From contig PAOZ01000033.1 in assembly GCA_002708695.1 (NCBI GenBank), positions 1 to 58,541 on the forward strand: a DNA stretch of 58,541 nt. The letters are read 5' to 3'. Origin of the DNA: Methanobacteriota archaeon. GTDB lineage: Archaea > Thermoplasmatota > Poseidoniia > Poseidoniales > Thalassarchaeaceae. Below the pieces are notes generated by a model that made no database searches, was not told the origin of the DNA, and saw only the letters and a list, made by a program, of their open reading frames with translations. This document shows positions 7,400 through 17,886 of this stretch, piece by piece; within the stretch, counting starts at the first letter, position 1, and each line of letters starts with the position of its first letter. Made by a program: the position numbers and the translations under genes.

Positions 7400-7433
7400 T
7401 GTTATCTATTAATACATACATATTGTCTTTAAG

Positions 7434-7889
7434 TTATTTTCTTTTATTTTTACCCTGAAATGCATCTACTATTTTTCTTAGTTCATCTCTTGCTTCCTTA
7501 GTAAATTTAAATTCTCCCTCATCATCTTCTACAATAAAATCATGAATTGAATCATCGCTATCAGCCTCTGATTCTTCAGAAGTTTCTTCATCTGTATCTG
7601 TATCTATTACGTCTACTTCATTTACACGATCCCATTCTCTACAAATGTGTCTAGCTATATGTCTACAAGGACAATCACAATTACAACCCCAGTTATTATA
7701 TTCTTCTGGTTTTGGAGACGCGGGTAAATCACACTCTAGAGTGGGGAAATTAAATTTATGTCTTTTACAACACTTACAATTAACTAATTCGGCGGGTAGT
7801 GTTTCTAGATCTTTACATGTGTTCATTTTTTTATCAAAATACGTTTCGGCGTCCATATTTTTAAGTTTCAGATAATCTTTGAAATTCAT
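7434..7889 (-). CDS. Cys/His-rich hypothetical protein with acidic tract, paralog of 3227..3649
   Basis: CKCCKRH and CDCPCRHIARHICR motifs. Confidence 0.7.
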   Translation of the reverse strand: MNFKDYLKLKNMDAETYFDKKMNTCKDLETLPAELVNCKCCKRHKFNFPTLECDLPASPKPEEYNNWGCNCDCPCRHIARHICREWDRVNEVDVIDTDTDEETSEESEADSDDSIHDFIVEDDEGEFKFTKEARDELRKIVDAFQGKNKRK

Positions 7890-7926
7890 TATACATTATG
7901 TTATAATATATATAATGCCTTTAAAT

Positions 7927-8547
7927 CTATTCCGAATCTACAATAGAACACATAATTTCCTTTTCAATTGGTTCTTCTTCTAGGTCGGAATCGGAAGATA
8001 CTTCAAAATTTCTCCAATCCATTCCGTGTCTAAAACAGTAGTAATTATTTGCCCCATCTGGTTTTGTCGTTCCAGGATGCTTACACGGATCTCCCGATTT
8101 GTTCATTCCACAACACTTATTAACAGTCTTTTCCTTACTTAGATTTTTATACCAAGGTTCTCCTTGATTACTAGCTACAGTAGTATTTTTTTTGGGTTCC
8201 TTTTTGGTTGTTAGCTTATTAGCCTTTAGGTATGTATTTATATCACTCTTAGTAATCTTACCATCCTTTAGTGTCCCGATGTCAAAATCGTCAAGTGTCA
8301 AATTGTTTTCTTGTGCATATTCTGCGGCAATTTTAGTAGCAAATCTCTTAACAGGGGGACAACCAGGGGAATTGTCAGATGTTGTTTTCTTTACATTGGT
8401 TTTCTTTACACTTACATTCACATTGGTATCATTGATTAGTTTATGGGCTATTTCAATAAAAGCATCATTAAAAAGTCCTAGCATTTTACCCATAGCTTCA
8501 TCATTTAGATTGTATTCAGTTTGAAATTCTTTGAATCTAGCCTCCAT
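7927..8547 (-). CDS. Hypothetical protein with one PSBD/HeH-like repeat and a C-terminal zinc-finger-like motif
   Basis: FATKIAAEYAQENNLTLDDFDIGTLKDGKITKSDI resembles the 115..735 repeats; CCGMNKSGDPC..YCFRH. Start moved from TTG 8556 to ATG 8547. Confidence 0.65.
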   Translation of the reverse strand: MEARFKEFQTEYNLNDEAMGKMLGLFNDAFIEIAHKLINDTNVNVSVKKTNVKKTTSDNSPGCPPVKRFATKIAAEYAQENNLTLDDFDIGTLKDGKITKSDINTYLKANKLTTKKEPKKNTTVASNQGEPWYKNLSKEKTVNKCCGMNKSGDPCKHPGTTKPDGANNYYCFRHGMDWRNFEVSSDSDLEEEPIEKEIMCSIVDSE

Positions 8548-8665
8548 TGTGCCCAATATATTACTTTATTAATTATTTTTTTAAGTTAAATCTTTTTTTG
8601 TAAAATTTATAATTCTTTTTTCTCTAAATAGAGATTAAGAATTATAAATAAATTTGAATTTAGAC

Positions 8666-9235
8666 CTAGAACAGTTGCTTACCCTGTGCAAGTTCTTGGG
8701 CAACAATTCCGACAAATGCAATCATGGCTAGCCTGCCGTTGCTTAGTTCCTTATTCAAAAGATCATTACTAATGCTTGTCATATTATACTTTCCAAGGTT
8801 TCCTGGTTGATACCCTTGTTCAAGTGTAAAAGTCTTATTTGGGTCAATTCCGTCATCGGTAAACGGATTTACCCAACCCACGCCCATGCGAAGAGTTTCA
8901 TAATTTAGAAGAGTAAACCAGAAAGGTACTTGGTGATTAAAATCAAGAGAGCTTAGATAATTAATACCTAGTGTAGAATCGGTTTGATCCAAAACTTCTA
9001 GAAGAGGAATTCCAATTGTTGCTAGCATGGCTGTGCGACCATGCATAAGCTCTGCTTCGCGAATAAACTTAAGCCTGTTATCTGGAGTATTTTCTACTAC
9101 ATTCAATGGGTCAAAATTCTTAAGAGGTTCAATAGACCCTACATAGCGCCACCCGCTGTAGGATGGTGTTGAGATAGAAGATGAGGGTACAAGACCAAGG
9201 GGTGAAAACAGATTCATTGCAATTACAGCCGACAT
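8666..9235 (-). CDS. Light-harvesting complex (chlorophyll a/c-binding) protein, LHCX/LI818-like
   Basis: FDPL; helix 1 REAELMHGRTAMLA; helix 2 YETLRMGVGWVNP; YQPGNL; helix 3 KELSNGRLAMIAFVGIVAQE. Confidence 0.93.
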   Translation of the reverse strand: MSAVIAMNLFSPLGLVPSSSISTPSYSGWRYVGSIEPLKNFDPLNVVENTPDNRLKFIREAELMHGRTAMLATIGIPLLEVLDQTDSTLGINYLSSLDFNHQVPFWFTLLNYETLRMGVGWVNPFTDDGIDPNKTFTLEQGYQPGNLGKYNMTSISNDLLNKELSNGRLAMIAFVGIVAQELAQGKQLF

Positions 9236-9276
9236 TCTTTATTATAATATACTATATTGTATTACTTTATACTCAT

Positions 9277-12200
9277 TTATTTTTCTTTTTTTACACGTGT
9301 TTTCTTTTGTTTAGCCGGAATAATGTCTAACCATAGTTCTGGGATATTGTCCATCATTGGTGCGAATATAGTTTCGATAACTGATTTAAATTGGTGTTCA
9401 AAGTAGTAAAGATAATCAATTGGTATATTGTTTTTTCTAACATATTCTGGATCTTCTACCTTTTCAAATTGTTTTGTACTGTTGTATGTTGCAAATACAA
9501 AAGAAATGCGGTCTCCCGAATTTACAACGTCCATTCTATCTCTTTCTGCTCTTTTTCTAGCTAAAGCTACGTGGGGAAGATTAGCCGGACATTGTTTGAA
9601 TGTAGTTAGTTTTGAACAATTAGGACAGGTGTGTTCTCTCTTTAGAAAATCCTCTAAGATAGTTTCTTTCGGATTGGTGTCTTCAATCGGTTTTTTCCAA
9701 AGAACTGTGATGTCCATTTCTTTTTTACCAGTTACGTTTATTTCATAATATGTTTTAGAACAATCATTACATACGGCTTTACGATCAAATGCATAACCAG
9801 TTCTTAGAGATTTTGACAACAAAAGATCATTCATCGGAATTTCTCCGTTTATTAGCTTTCTGATTTTATCCCTAGCAAATTCTTTAGATGTTTCTATAAG
9901 TTCGTCTACTGTATCAAATGTGTAATTTAGGACCTTTTCATTTAGGAAGATGTATTCGAAAATCTTTTTAGCATTGTTTCTTACAAACGCGCAATTGTCT
10001 CGCCTTACAACCTGAATTCCTTTATAATCTATGTAGTCATATTTTAGAGGGTTTGTCCAGAATAGACTTGCATATCTCTTTTTAGAATACAATATGAAAG
10101 GATACATAACCTTCTCAAACTCGAGTTCAATAGGTTTTTTAAATGTAGCCGAGATCCTATCTGCACATTCTGGTGCAACCTTAAATACGTAATTCATATG
10201 ATCTTGACCCTTTAAGTCGCTCTTGAACTTTACATAAATAGAATCTGTATCACCATAAACAACTTCACAATCATACCATTCTTCAGCACATTTCTTCGAA
10301 TGTGCAATCATGTTTCTACCACTTGCAGTTACAGCCGCCGCAATCTTTTTATTAGGAAGCCTTCCATATTTTGCACCTGTAAAACCATAAATACTATTCA
10401 TAGAAACCTTGATAGCAAGTTGTACCCCATTTAGAACAGCATACAAAGAGTCTTCTGGGTTTAATGTTTTCATTTGTTTGCGAATGTCTTTTCTTTCTTT
10501 CCACAGGCGTTGTAGAATCTTAGGCATAATACCTTGTTGATTTTGTACAAATTTAACAGGGCCTTCTCCAAAGTCTATCGATTCGTATGTAATGTCTTCT
10601 AGATTATCATACTCTGGATTATCTACTATTGTTGAGTAATCATAGTTGTGAGCAATCATAATAGAAGGGTATAGACTAGCAAAATCAAGACCTGCAATTG
10701 GTTGGAAATGAGCACCAGGTGTAGCATCTAGAACTGTTGCACCCACAAAATTATCTTCATCATCGTCTATTTCTCCGGCGGGTTTGTAATCTGTGGTTGG
10801 AATAAGAAAATCTTCTTTTTTAGTCTCGTATGCAATTTGAGTATGAACCCTGATTTGCTGACCTCTAAGTTCAATATCTTGCATAGAAACCATAGTAATA
10901 TTAGACATACCAATCATATTAGTTATAATTCTGAGTTTAAGAATGAGTTCTATAAGAAGCCATGTATCTTGCGCGCAATACTTGACTACAAGCGCTATTT
11001 TATCTTTAGTTGATGTGTTATATTTAAAAAGATCTGCTGGACTAAGGTCGTCCTTAGAATCTCCAATGAAGTGTTCAGAAACGCTATTCAATTTGTAAGA
11101 TTCTAGTTTATGTTCTTTCTTAATAATAAACATAAGATCAAATTGGGTAATACCATGTGTTTTCATGTATTTCATGGTATTGTCTCCATAAGCAGATGTG
11201 CTAAGACGACTTTCAAAAAACTCAGCTGGTTTAGAATTTATTCTACTAAGATTTTGTAGAACATATTCTATATCAAGTACTTTAGCTCTTGCGTATAAAT
11301 AACTCCAATCGAAACCATATCCGTTATATTGAACTAGAATGTCAGGATCTGTATCTTTAATGAATTTTACCCATCCTTCAATTAGTTCTTTTTCTGTGTC
11401 GTAAGTTTCTATTATTACACCATCTACTGGATCACAATCATTATCAATCGGGCTTTTAATGGTAACAACATGTTTAACTTGTTCTTTTGTTCCAAATTTA
11501 TACAAACTAGTGCCAATCTGAGTAACAATGTCAAGTGGGTTTTCTGGGTTAGGGAATTCATTTAAATTTAGATGTCTAGATGAGTAAGAAAATGCCTCAA
11601 TATCCCAAGATCCGATAGTCAAGTTACAGATGTCCTGTTTATCATATGGTCTAACATTTTGATAATGACAAATGTAACTATGTTGACATCTTGACATATC
11701 CATGTCTTGAGTAAGGGCTTTCGCTTTTACCCACCCAGCCATTTTAATTTCCATTTTGTGTGTAAATCTCAAATAAGGATCTATATTAGATTCATATAGA
11801 TCAAATTTTAGAGGAGATACCTTATCAATATTAGAAATCTTCGGAAGTTTTGATTTTTCTTTAGGATTTAGTATGTATCTTATCCTATTAAATGTATATA
11901 GATTCTTACAAACAAATCTCAAGAATTTAAATTTTTTACCATTAGTAAAACCTTTGTATTTTTTACGTTCGACGAGATCAACTGAGATGAGATCGTTTTT
12001 TGATTTGAATAGTTTATTACGAATAAATCTTTCTACTTCCTTTTTTGAGTAATCAGTGAAGGAGTTTTGATGTTTATCAGGAACGAGTGCAAATAAATAA
12101 GGTCTATAATTTTCAAATCTAACACAGACAGATTCTCCTAATTCATTTACACCAAATGTGTAAATGTGATATCTTTTATCAACTACATTAGGATCAGGTT

Positions 12201-12321
12201 CGTCGTCACCTGAGTAGTCTTGTTCGATATCTTCATCAAATGCTTCCCAAGATAAAATTTGGTACACCAATTCATTGTGATCAACCTCTTCTGTATACTG
12301 AGGACGTTTAAATGGTAACAT
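9277..12321 (-). CDS. polB: Family B DNA polymerase
   Basis: Exonuclease motifs WDIE, YNGYGFD, YCAQD; polymerase motifs DFASLYPS, KVSMNSIYG, YGDTDS, KKRY. No intein seen. Confidence 0.99.
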   Translation of the reverse strand: MLPFKRPQYTEEVDHNELVYQILSWEAFDEDIEQDYSGDDEPDPNVVDKRYHIYTFGVNELGESVCVRFENYRPYLFALVPDKHQNSFTDYSKKEVERFIRNKLFKSKNDLISVDLVERKKYKGFTNGKKFKFLRFVCKNLYTFNRIRYILNPKEKSKLPKISNIDKVSPLKFDLYESNIDPYLRFTHKMEIKMAGWVKAKALTQDMDMSRCQHSYICHYQNVRPYDKQDICNLTIGSWDIEAFSYSSRHLNLNEFPNPENPLDIVTQIGTSLYKFGTKEQVKHVVTIKSPIDNDCDPVDGVIIETYDTEKELIEGWVKFIKDTDPDILVQYNGYGFDWSYLYARAKVLDIEYVLQNLSRINSKPAEFFESRLSTSAYGDNTMKYMKTHGITQFDLMFIIKKEHKLESYKLNSVSEHFIGDSKDDLSPADLFKYNTSTKDKIALVVKYCAQDTWLLIELILKLRIITNMIGMSNITMVSMQDIELRGQQIRVHTQIAYETKKEDFLIPTTDYKPAGEIDDDEDNFVGATVLDATPGAHFQPIAGLDFASLYPSIMIAHNYDYSTIVDNPEYDNLEDITYESIDFGEGPVKFVQNQQGIMPKILQRLWKERKDIRKQMKTLNPEDSLYAVLNGVQLAIKVSMNSIYGFTGAKYGRLPNKKIAAAVTASGRNMIAHSKKCAEEWYDCEVVYGDTDSIYVKFKSDLKGQDHMNYVFKVAPECADRISATFKKPIELEFEKVMYPFILYSKKRYASLFWTNPLKYDYIDYKGIQVVRRDNCAFVRNNAKKIFEYIFLNEKVLNYTFDTVDELIETSKEFARDKIRKLINGEIPMNDLLLSKSLRTGYAFDRKAVCNDCSKTYYEINVTGKKEMDITVLWKKPIEDTNPKETILEDFLKREHTCPNCSKLTTFKQCPANLPHVALARKRAERDRMDVVNSGDRISFVFATYNSTKQFEKVEDPEYVRKNNIPIDYLYYFEHQFKSVIETIFAPMMDNIPELWLDIIPAKQKKTRVKKEK

Positions 12322-12350
12322 TATAAGTAAATATGTTATATTTATTTAAG

Positions 12351-13619
12351 TTAATTATTATTCTGTAAAAAACTGATACCGAATAACAAAGCAGAACCAA
12401 ATCCAGCGCTTTTTTTAATGAGACTTCCATCTGAAGTAGATACACCAAAAATAGTAAAATCTAACCACTTTTCTGATAATATATTTCCTAATATAATCCA
12501 ATCGAGGGTTGTAGAAGAAGAATCTGCTATATTTAAAGTAACTATTTCTAATTTTCCATTAGTTTTTTTATGAATTTTTTCATCCGGTATTTTAGATAGA
12601 AATTTATTTATAAATTCTATAGATTTAACATATTTTAATACTCTATTTCTTTGCATAGCATATTTCATCATATACATTAGTAGTGCTATCTGACAAGATA
12701 TATACACTATCGTGGGATGTATTAAATATCTATCATGATTTTCAAATTTAATATCTTTTATTTCATCTGCATCAGGTGGGATGATATCTCTTATAAAAAT
12801 GGCAAAGGATAAACCACCCAATAGAGTAGTTATACTGATTATGTCATTATAGTAAGATATAGTAGTTTCTATATTTCTTCTTATTATTACGACGTCTTTT
12901 ATTATTTTAGTTAAAGGAGAATCACATTCTTCACACCATTCGTTGATCTCTAAATTAGTTATAAAATCTTTAAAAATATGTATATGTGAATCCATCACAA
13001 ATACAAATGAAAAAGCATATAAGAATATAGCAAGTCTTGAATATATCCACTCAATTATTATAAAAGCGAAGAATAAGATGTCGTTTTTAAATAAATGTGT
13101 CCAGTAATAATCATTATAAAATGATGTTATATCTAAAAAGTTTATTATTATACTTAAAACAGCTGATGAATACACCAATGCCCTGTTTAGTTTTTTACAT
13201 TTAATTCTTTTCTCTAAATGATCACTTCTAAAGTACAACTTTTCCCAAATGTATATCAAGGGTACATTTAAATGTGTTAAAAACGAGGTTAAAAATTTTA
13301 GATCTGATCTATCCTTTGAGAAGTTATATAGTGTGTAAATTGGTTGTATACACAATATTAGAAATATCATTAAAGAGTAAATAGTATAAAACGTGTATAA
13401 TACTTTATCTTTTAGTTTCACATTAACGTTTTTTCTTAACTGATAAGTACTCAATTTAGGAGATGGTGTATCCTCTGCGATGAGTTTTAAAGTATTTACT
13501 GTTTTAGAATTTCTTAAATTATTATTCCTTGGAATCTCTTGTATACTGTGGCGCATAACTGGGAAAAAATTTATTTCCCATGATTTAATACCCAAAAAAA
13601 ATAATAATATATCTATCAT
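12351..13619 (-). CDS. Multi-pass membrane protein (~7 TM), candidate gustatory-receptor-like 7TM ion channel
   Basis: About seven hydrophobic segments, long loops after TM4 and TM6, C-terminal LSEKWLDFTIFGV..LIKK..ALLFGISFL. Confidence 0.55.
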   Translation of the reverse strand: MIDILLFFLGIKSWEINFFPVMRHSIQEIPRNNNLRNSKTVNTLKLIAEDTPSPKLSTYQLRKNVNVKLKDKVLYTFYTIYSLMIFLILCIQPIYTLYNFSKDRSDLKFLTSFLTHLNVPLIYIWEKLYFRSDHLEKRIKCKKLNRALVYSSAVLSIIINFLDITSFYNDYYWTHLFKNDILFFAFIIIEWIYSRLAIFLYAFSFVFVMDSHIHIFKDFITNLEINEWCEECDSPLTKIIKDVVIIRRNIETTISYYNDIISITTLLGGLSFAIFIRDIIPPDADEIKDIKFENHDRYLIHPTIVYISCQIALLMYMMKYAMQRNRVLKYVKSIEFINKFLSKIPDEKIHKKTNGKLEIVTLNIADSSSTTLDWIILGNILSEKWLDFTIFGVSTSDGSLIKKSAGFGSALLFGISFLQNNN

Positions 13620-13632
13620 AATATATAAAGTA

Positions 13633-14121
13633 ATGTTACTATTAGTTATTATTATTTTCTTTGTCGTATATTATTTAGCTGGAGCATGTCTTAATTCACA
13701 TGTGGCAGATTCAGGTAGAAGATATTATTCTCGAGATAAAAAAACAGCTGAATTACTTGATGTCCTTCGAGACATCTCTGTTGATTTAATATATGATGAA
13801 AATATAGACCCAGAAGATTCTAAACTTCTTAAGATTAAATTACAAAATACTAGTTATAGAGAATTGATAGACATGGACCCTAATTTGATGGCATGGAATT
13901 ACGATAAGGGTAGAGAATTAGGATTTAAAATTTACAACAGGGATGGCACTCCGGTTCCTGCAGGTGAAATAATTAATTCTCTTTTACATGAGCTAGCTCA
14001 TTCGTTGTGTTGGGATTACGGTCATCACGAAAAATGGCAAAAGAAAAATCGATACCTACAGGATAACTTTCATCAGAAATACGTAAATATTTTAATAAAT
14101 AAAACATTCCTGACAAAATAA
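13633..14121 (+). CDS. Zincin (WLM-like) metalloprotease with N-terminal membrane anchor
   Basis: LLHELAH..GHHEKW (HEXXH) preceded by AWNYDKGRELGFKI. Start moved to ATG 13633. Confidence 0.8.
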   Translation: MLLLVIIIFFVVYYLAGACLNSHVADSGRRYYSRDKKTAELLDVLRDISVDLIYDENIDPEDSKLLKIKLQNTSYRELIDMDPNLMAWNYDKGRELGFKIYNRDGTPVPAGEIINSLLHELAHSLCWDYGHHEKWQKKNRYLQDNFHQKYVNILINKTFLTK

Positions 14122-14125
14122 GTAG

Positions 14126-14890
14126 ATGAATGATCTATTTATCGGTGGAGGGGGTATAGATGGTATTACTTTCATAGGAGCATTAGAATATCTTCATCAA
14201 AATAAACTACTAGAACTGAAAAGATTTTACGGATGTTCTATAGGTTCTCTTATAGGTGTATTATATATATCTGGTATTTCTCCTACTAGGATTTTATCTA
14301 ATTTTATGAATATTGACTTACATGAACTAATAAAGTATGATTTTTCAAACATGAAAAATAACAACTCTATCATGGATAATAAATTATTAAATAAGTTTAT
14401 ATCCACCTTAGATGATTATGAAAATATTACTATTGAACAATTTTCAGATAAATACAATGTAGATATAAATATATACGCAACTAATATTAACACTTATTGT
14501 TATACTACCTTTAATAAGAAATGTTTCCCAGAAATTAAATTAAAAGACGCTATTATAGCGTCGATGAGTGTACCATTTATATTTCCACCTGTAAAAATAA
14601 GAGAAGATTACTATATAGACGGGTGTGTTAAAAATATGACAGGGTCACCCCCGAAGGAGATTTGTATTTTGGGATACAGCATAATATTAAAAAACATAAG
14701 TAAAACTTATATGGGTACTGTTATAAAAAGTATGGTAACAGATGAGCTACCAAATAGTTTGTACATAATAGAGTGCGATTGTGATAATAGTTCTAGAGAC
14801 ATTTTAAAAGCTGCAGAAAAATTAACACCAGAATATATATTTAGGTTATATAAATCCGGGATAAGTTGTGCTAGAGAACAAATACAGTAA
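14126..14890 (+). CDS. Patatin-like phospholipase
   Basis: GGGGIDG, GCSIG nucleophile elbow, ASMSVPFIFPP, YIDG. Confidence 0.9.
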   Translation: MNDLFIGGGGIDGITFIGALEYLHQNKLLELKRFYGCSIGSLIGVLYISGISPTRILSNFMNIDLHELIKYDFSNMKNNNSIMDNKLLNKFISTLDDYENITIEQFSDKYNVDINIYATNINTYCYTTFNKKCFPEIKLKDAIIASMSVPFIFPPVKIREDYYIDGCVKNMTGSPPKEICILGYSIILKNISKTYMGTVIKSMVTDELPNSLYIIECDCDNSSRDILKAAEKLTPEYIFRLYKSGISCAREQIQ

Positions 14891-14891
14891 T

Positions 14892-15476
14892 TTAAATAGG
14901 ATCTATCAGGATTATAGAATTATTATTACGATGAGTCTGTATTTTTTCATATGAATTATTAATAATCTTAATAATTTCATTTAGTGATTTTTTTTCTTTA
15001 GATACTTTATTGTTTATATTGTTAAATTCTTCAGAGTTATCTACAACTTTAAAGTTTTTAAAAATTTCATATGTTGCCGCCTTTTTAAATGCTCCTTTAA
15101 TTTTTCCTTCATACGTTTCTCCGTTTAGAAAACACATTCTAGTGTGTTCACTTATAATGATGTATGGAATTTTATTTTCTTCACACACTTTAATTATAAA
15201 GGAAGGGGATGTAGTATATTCTATGAAATTATGAAAAATTATGCAGATGTTCATATTTTTTATTATTTCATAATAAGACTTTTTAGGTTCTTTATCATCT
15301 ATGTTTCGTCTATAGATGTCAAAGTCGTTATCGAATGTTATTTTACTTACATGGGGTAAATGTTTACCGTAAATGTGGTGTATCCTTGTATTATCGGGCA
15401 AATAATTCTTAGAAATGTATTTTGAAATAAGAGCATAGTTGTCCCAGTTATCATCCTCAACTATAAACACGTTCAT
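14892..15476 (-). CDS. Hypothetical protein
   Basis: 194-aa ATG ORF filling the space between neighbours. Confidence 0.6.
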   Translation of the reverse strand: MNVFIVEDDNWDNYALISKYISKNYLPDNTRIHHIYGKHLPHVSKITFDNDFDIYRRNIDDKEPKKSYYEIIKNMNICIIFHNFIEYTTSPSFIIKVCEENKIPYIIISEHTRMCFLNGETYEGKIKGAFKKAATYEIFKNFKVVDNSEEFNNINNKVSKEKKSLNEIIKIINNSYEKIQTHRNNNSIILIDPI

Positions 15477-15552
15477 AGGTTATTTAAATTATTTTATATT
15501 ATTTCTTATTATGTGTTATTTATTGTAAAATTTTATATAATTTTAATTTAAT

Positions 15553-15993
15553 ATGTTGGAATTATCTATATCTGTTTTAATTATTATATTATCTTTAATA
15601 GCCTTATATTTTTTACATACATCTTTTATAAATTTCTCAGAATATAAAAGGGTTGTAAGAAAACCAGATGATATTGTAATTATTCCTCTAAAAACAGAAA
15701 ATGTTATTGTGTTGAGTAGAGAAAATTGCCCATATTGCACTAAAATAAAAGATAAATTGAAGGATTATAAAGATTATATAATAATAAATTATAATCTAAA
15801 TAGTGGTCTTGAATATGGTGAAGATTTTACTAAGCTTCCACAAGAAGAAAGAGAATCTATTACAACTACATTAGATAAATTTATCGAGGATAGTAAACCA
15901 TTTGGTATGTATTTCCCAACTGTATTATATGGTTCAGAATTAATAATTGGGCTTCCAACCGATAATTACATTAATAAAATATTTAAAAAATAG
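15553..15993 (+). CDS. Membrane-anchored glutaredoxin/thioredoxin-fold protein
   Basis: N-terminal TM helix, CPYC active site, FPTV cis-proline motif. Confidence 0.8.
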   Translation: MLELSISVLIIILSLIALYFLHTSFINFSEYKRVVRKPDDIVIIPLKTENVIVLSRENCPYCTKIKDKLKDYKDYIIINYNLNSGLEYGEDFTKLPQEERESITTTLDKFIEDSKPFGMYFPTVLYGSELIIGLPTDNYINKIFKK

Positions 15994-16009
15994 TTAATAC
16001 TATAACAAA

Positions 16010-16936
16010 ATGAGTGTTAATAGAGTAATATCAATTGGAGATATCCATGGAGACTTTACAATATTTAAAAGACTCTTATATATGTGTAAAGTTATAGATA
16101 AAAGTGGAAATTGGGTTGGGGGTTCTACTCATGTTATACAAATGGGAGATACTGTAGATGGTAAAAGACCTGGTATTAAAATGGATAAAAAGTATATACA
16201 AGAATCTGGAGAACTTGAGATAATATTATATATTCTTATTCTAGATTCTCAAGCAAAATTAAAAGGCGGTAGAGTGATATCTATTTTAGGAAATCATGAG
16301 TTATACTCACATTATTTTAGAGATGATACTAAAGAATATACCCGTGATTATATTAAAAAAGTTGATATTGATGTTTTTAAATATCATGGATTAGATAGAG
16401 AAAAATTTTTACTACCTGGAAAAGAAGGCGGAAAACTTTTCGGGAGAACCCGTCCAATGATTGTCCAGATTGGAGAATTTTTATTTATACACGGTTCTAT
16501 AACCGATGCAATGATAAGAAATAATTTAGACAACAATGGAATGGTTGATATAAATAAAATAAATAGCGAAGTATCATCCTGGTTAATGGGTAAAACAAAA
16601 GTTCCTAAATATCTAGAAAATATGGATGAAAATAATCCTATATTTTCTAGAGAATATTCAGATAAAAAGAATATATCAGATTTTAAATGTAATAAAATAG
16701 CTAAACAATTAATGAAATTTTATAATGCTAAATATGTTGTTATGGGACATTCTAGTTATGCATCTATAAATTCTACATGTAAAAAAATGTTAATAAGAAC
16801 TGATGTATCATTATCCAGGGCTTTTGGTGGTAATTTAGATAGTAAAAAACTACAGGCGCTTGAAATAATACAATCAAGAGATCAAAACCCAATTATTAAT
16901 ATAATTACATTTGATGGTAAAACTCCTTTAAAATAA
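16010..16936 (+). CDS. Calcineurin-like metallophosphoesterase (Shewanella-like phosphatase type)
   Basis: GDIHG, GDTVDG, GNHE, FIHG, VMGH and IRTDVSLSRAF motifs. Confidence 0.9.
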   Translation: MSVNRVISIGDIHGDFTIFKRLLYMCKVIDKSGNWVGGSTHVIQMGDTVDGKRPGIKMDKKYIQESGELEIILYILILDSQAKLKGGRVISILGNHELYSHYFRDDTKEYTRDYIKKVDIDVFKYHGLDREKFLLPGKEGGKLFGRTRPMIVQIGEFLFIHGSITDAMIRNNLDNNGMVDINKINSEVSSWLMGKTKVPKYLENMDENNPIFSREYSDKKNISDFKCNKIAKQLMKFYNAKYVVMGHSSYASINSTCKKMLIRTDVSLSRAFGGNLDSKKLQALEIIQSRDQNPIINIITFDGKTPLK

Positions 16937-17794
16937 TGTCTTTATAATTTTTTCATATCCACTGTGTATATCACCGGGGACTCCGTTTTTTATTTTTGCA
17001 ACGGGTATATCACCATTTTTAAAAACAGATTTTATATAAAAACGACTCTCAATGTCTTCTAAAATATAATCAACCCTATCAAAAAAATAAGATAGCTCAA
17101 ATTTAAATAAATTGAATTTGGTCTTCCATTTACCACCAGTAATGTCTATAAGTCCGTATTCATTATTATTTTCTATATCCGAATCAAAGATATATTCACC
17201 GTACTTCTGAACAATTTTACCCCTGGTTTTACCCATGACTAAAAGATAACCAAATAATTGATAAAGATCGTATTCATTTTTTCTCACATTAATCATTTTC
17301 ATTCTGGTTTTGATTTCTATTACAACATCATTTTTACACGCGTCATGAAAACCTCTTAGTTCCCATGAGTCATTGAATTTAAATTTATAAAGTTTATTAT
17401 TACCTTTTGTATATTTCATTCGTTTTATAACTGGATTTTCATTGTTAATTCCACAATCCTTTTTAAGAGATGATTGTAAAAAATCTTCTGCAATTGAAAC
17501 ATCTTCCTCTGTTATCTGTTCGTTTTCATTTTTTAATTTATCTATTATTTCATCTTTAACAATTTCTAATTCTGATACATCAGTTATATTTTTTTTATAT
17601 TCGGAATAAATGTTTTTTAATTCATTATCATATGTTTTTTTATTAGATTCAATTATAATTCCTTCTAAAAATAAATATCTCTTAATAAGTTTTGGATTAT
17701 TTCTACAAAGTAAAAGTAATATAGTCTTATCCACTGGTTCATATCTATTTTTATCACAAGCTGACCCAATATAAGATACTTCTAGATAATTCAT
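16928..17794 (-). CDS. PD-(D/E)xK nuclease, YqaJ/lambda-exonuclease-like
   Basis: LRGFHDACKNDVVIEIKTR followed by YQLFGYL. Confidence 0.7.
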   Translation of the reverse strand: MNYLEVSYIGSACDKNRYEPVDKTILLLLCRNNPKLIKRYLFLEGIIIESNKKTYDNELKNIYSEYKKNITDVSELEIVKDEIIDKLKNENEQITEEDVSIAEDFLQSSLKKDCGINNENPVIKRMKYTKGNNKLYKFKFNDSWELRGFHDACKNDVVIEIKTRMKMINVRKNEYDLYQLFGYLLVMGKTRGKIVQKYGEYIFDSDIENNNEYGLIDITGGKWKTKFNLFKFELSYFFDRVDYILEDIESRFYIKSVFKNGDIPVAKIKNGVPGDIHSGYEKIIKTLF

Positions 17795-17886
17795 AAAATT
17801 ATATTATTATATCCGATTTTTTTATATTTTATTACTAAAAATAAATAACATTAAATAAAAAATAATACATTACATTAGATTATACA

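Noticed and set aside
9277-12321. Intein in PolB
   Set aside because: YGDTDS and the neighbouring motifs are contiguous and the length is ordinary.
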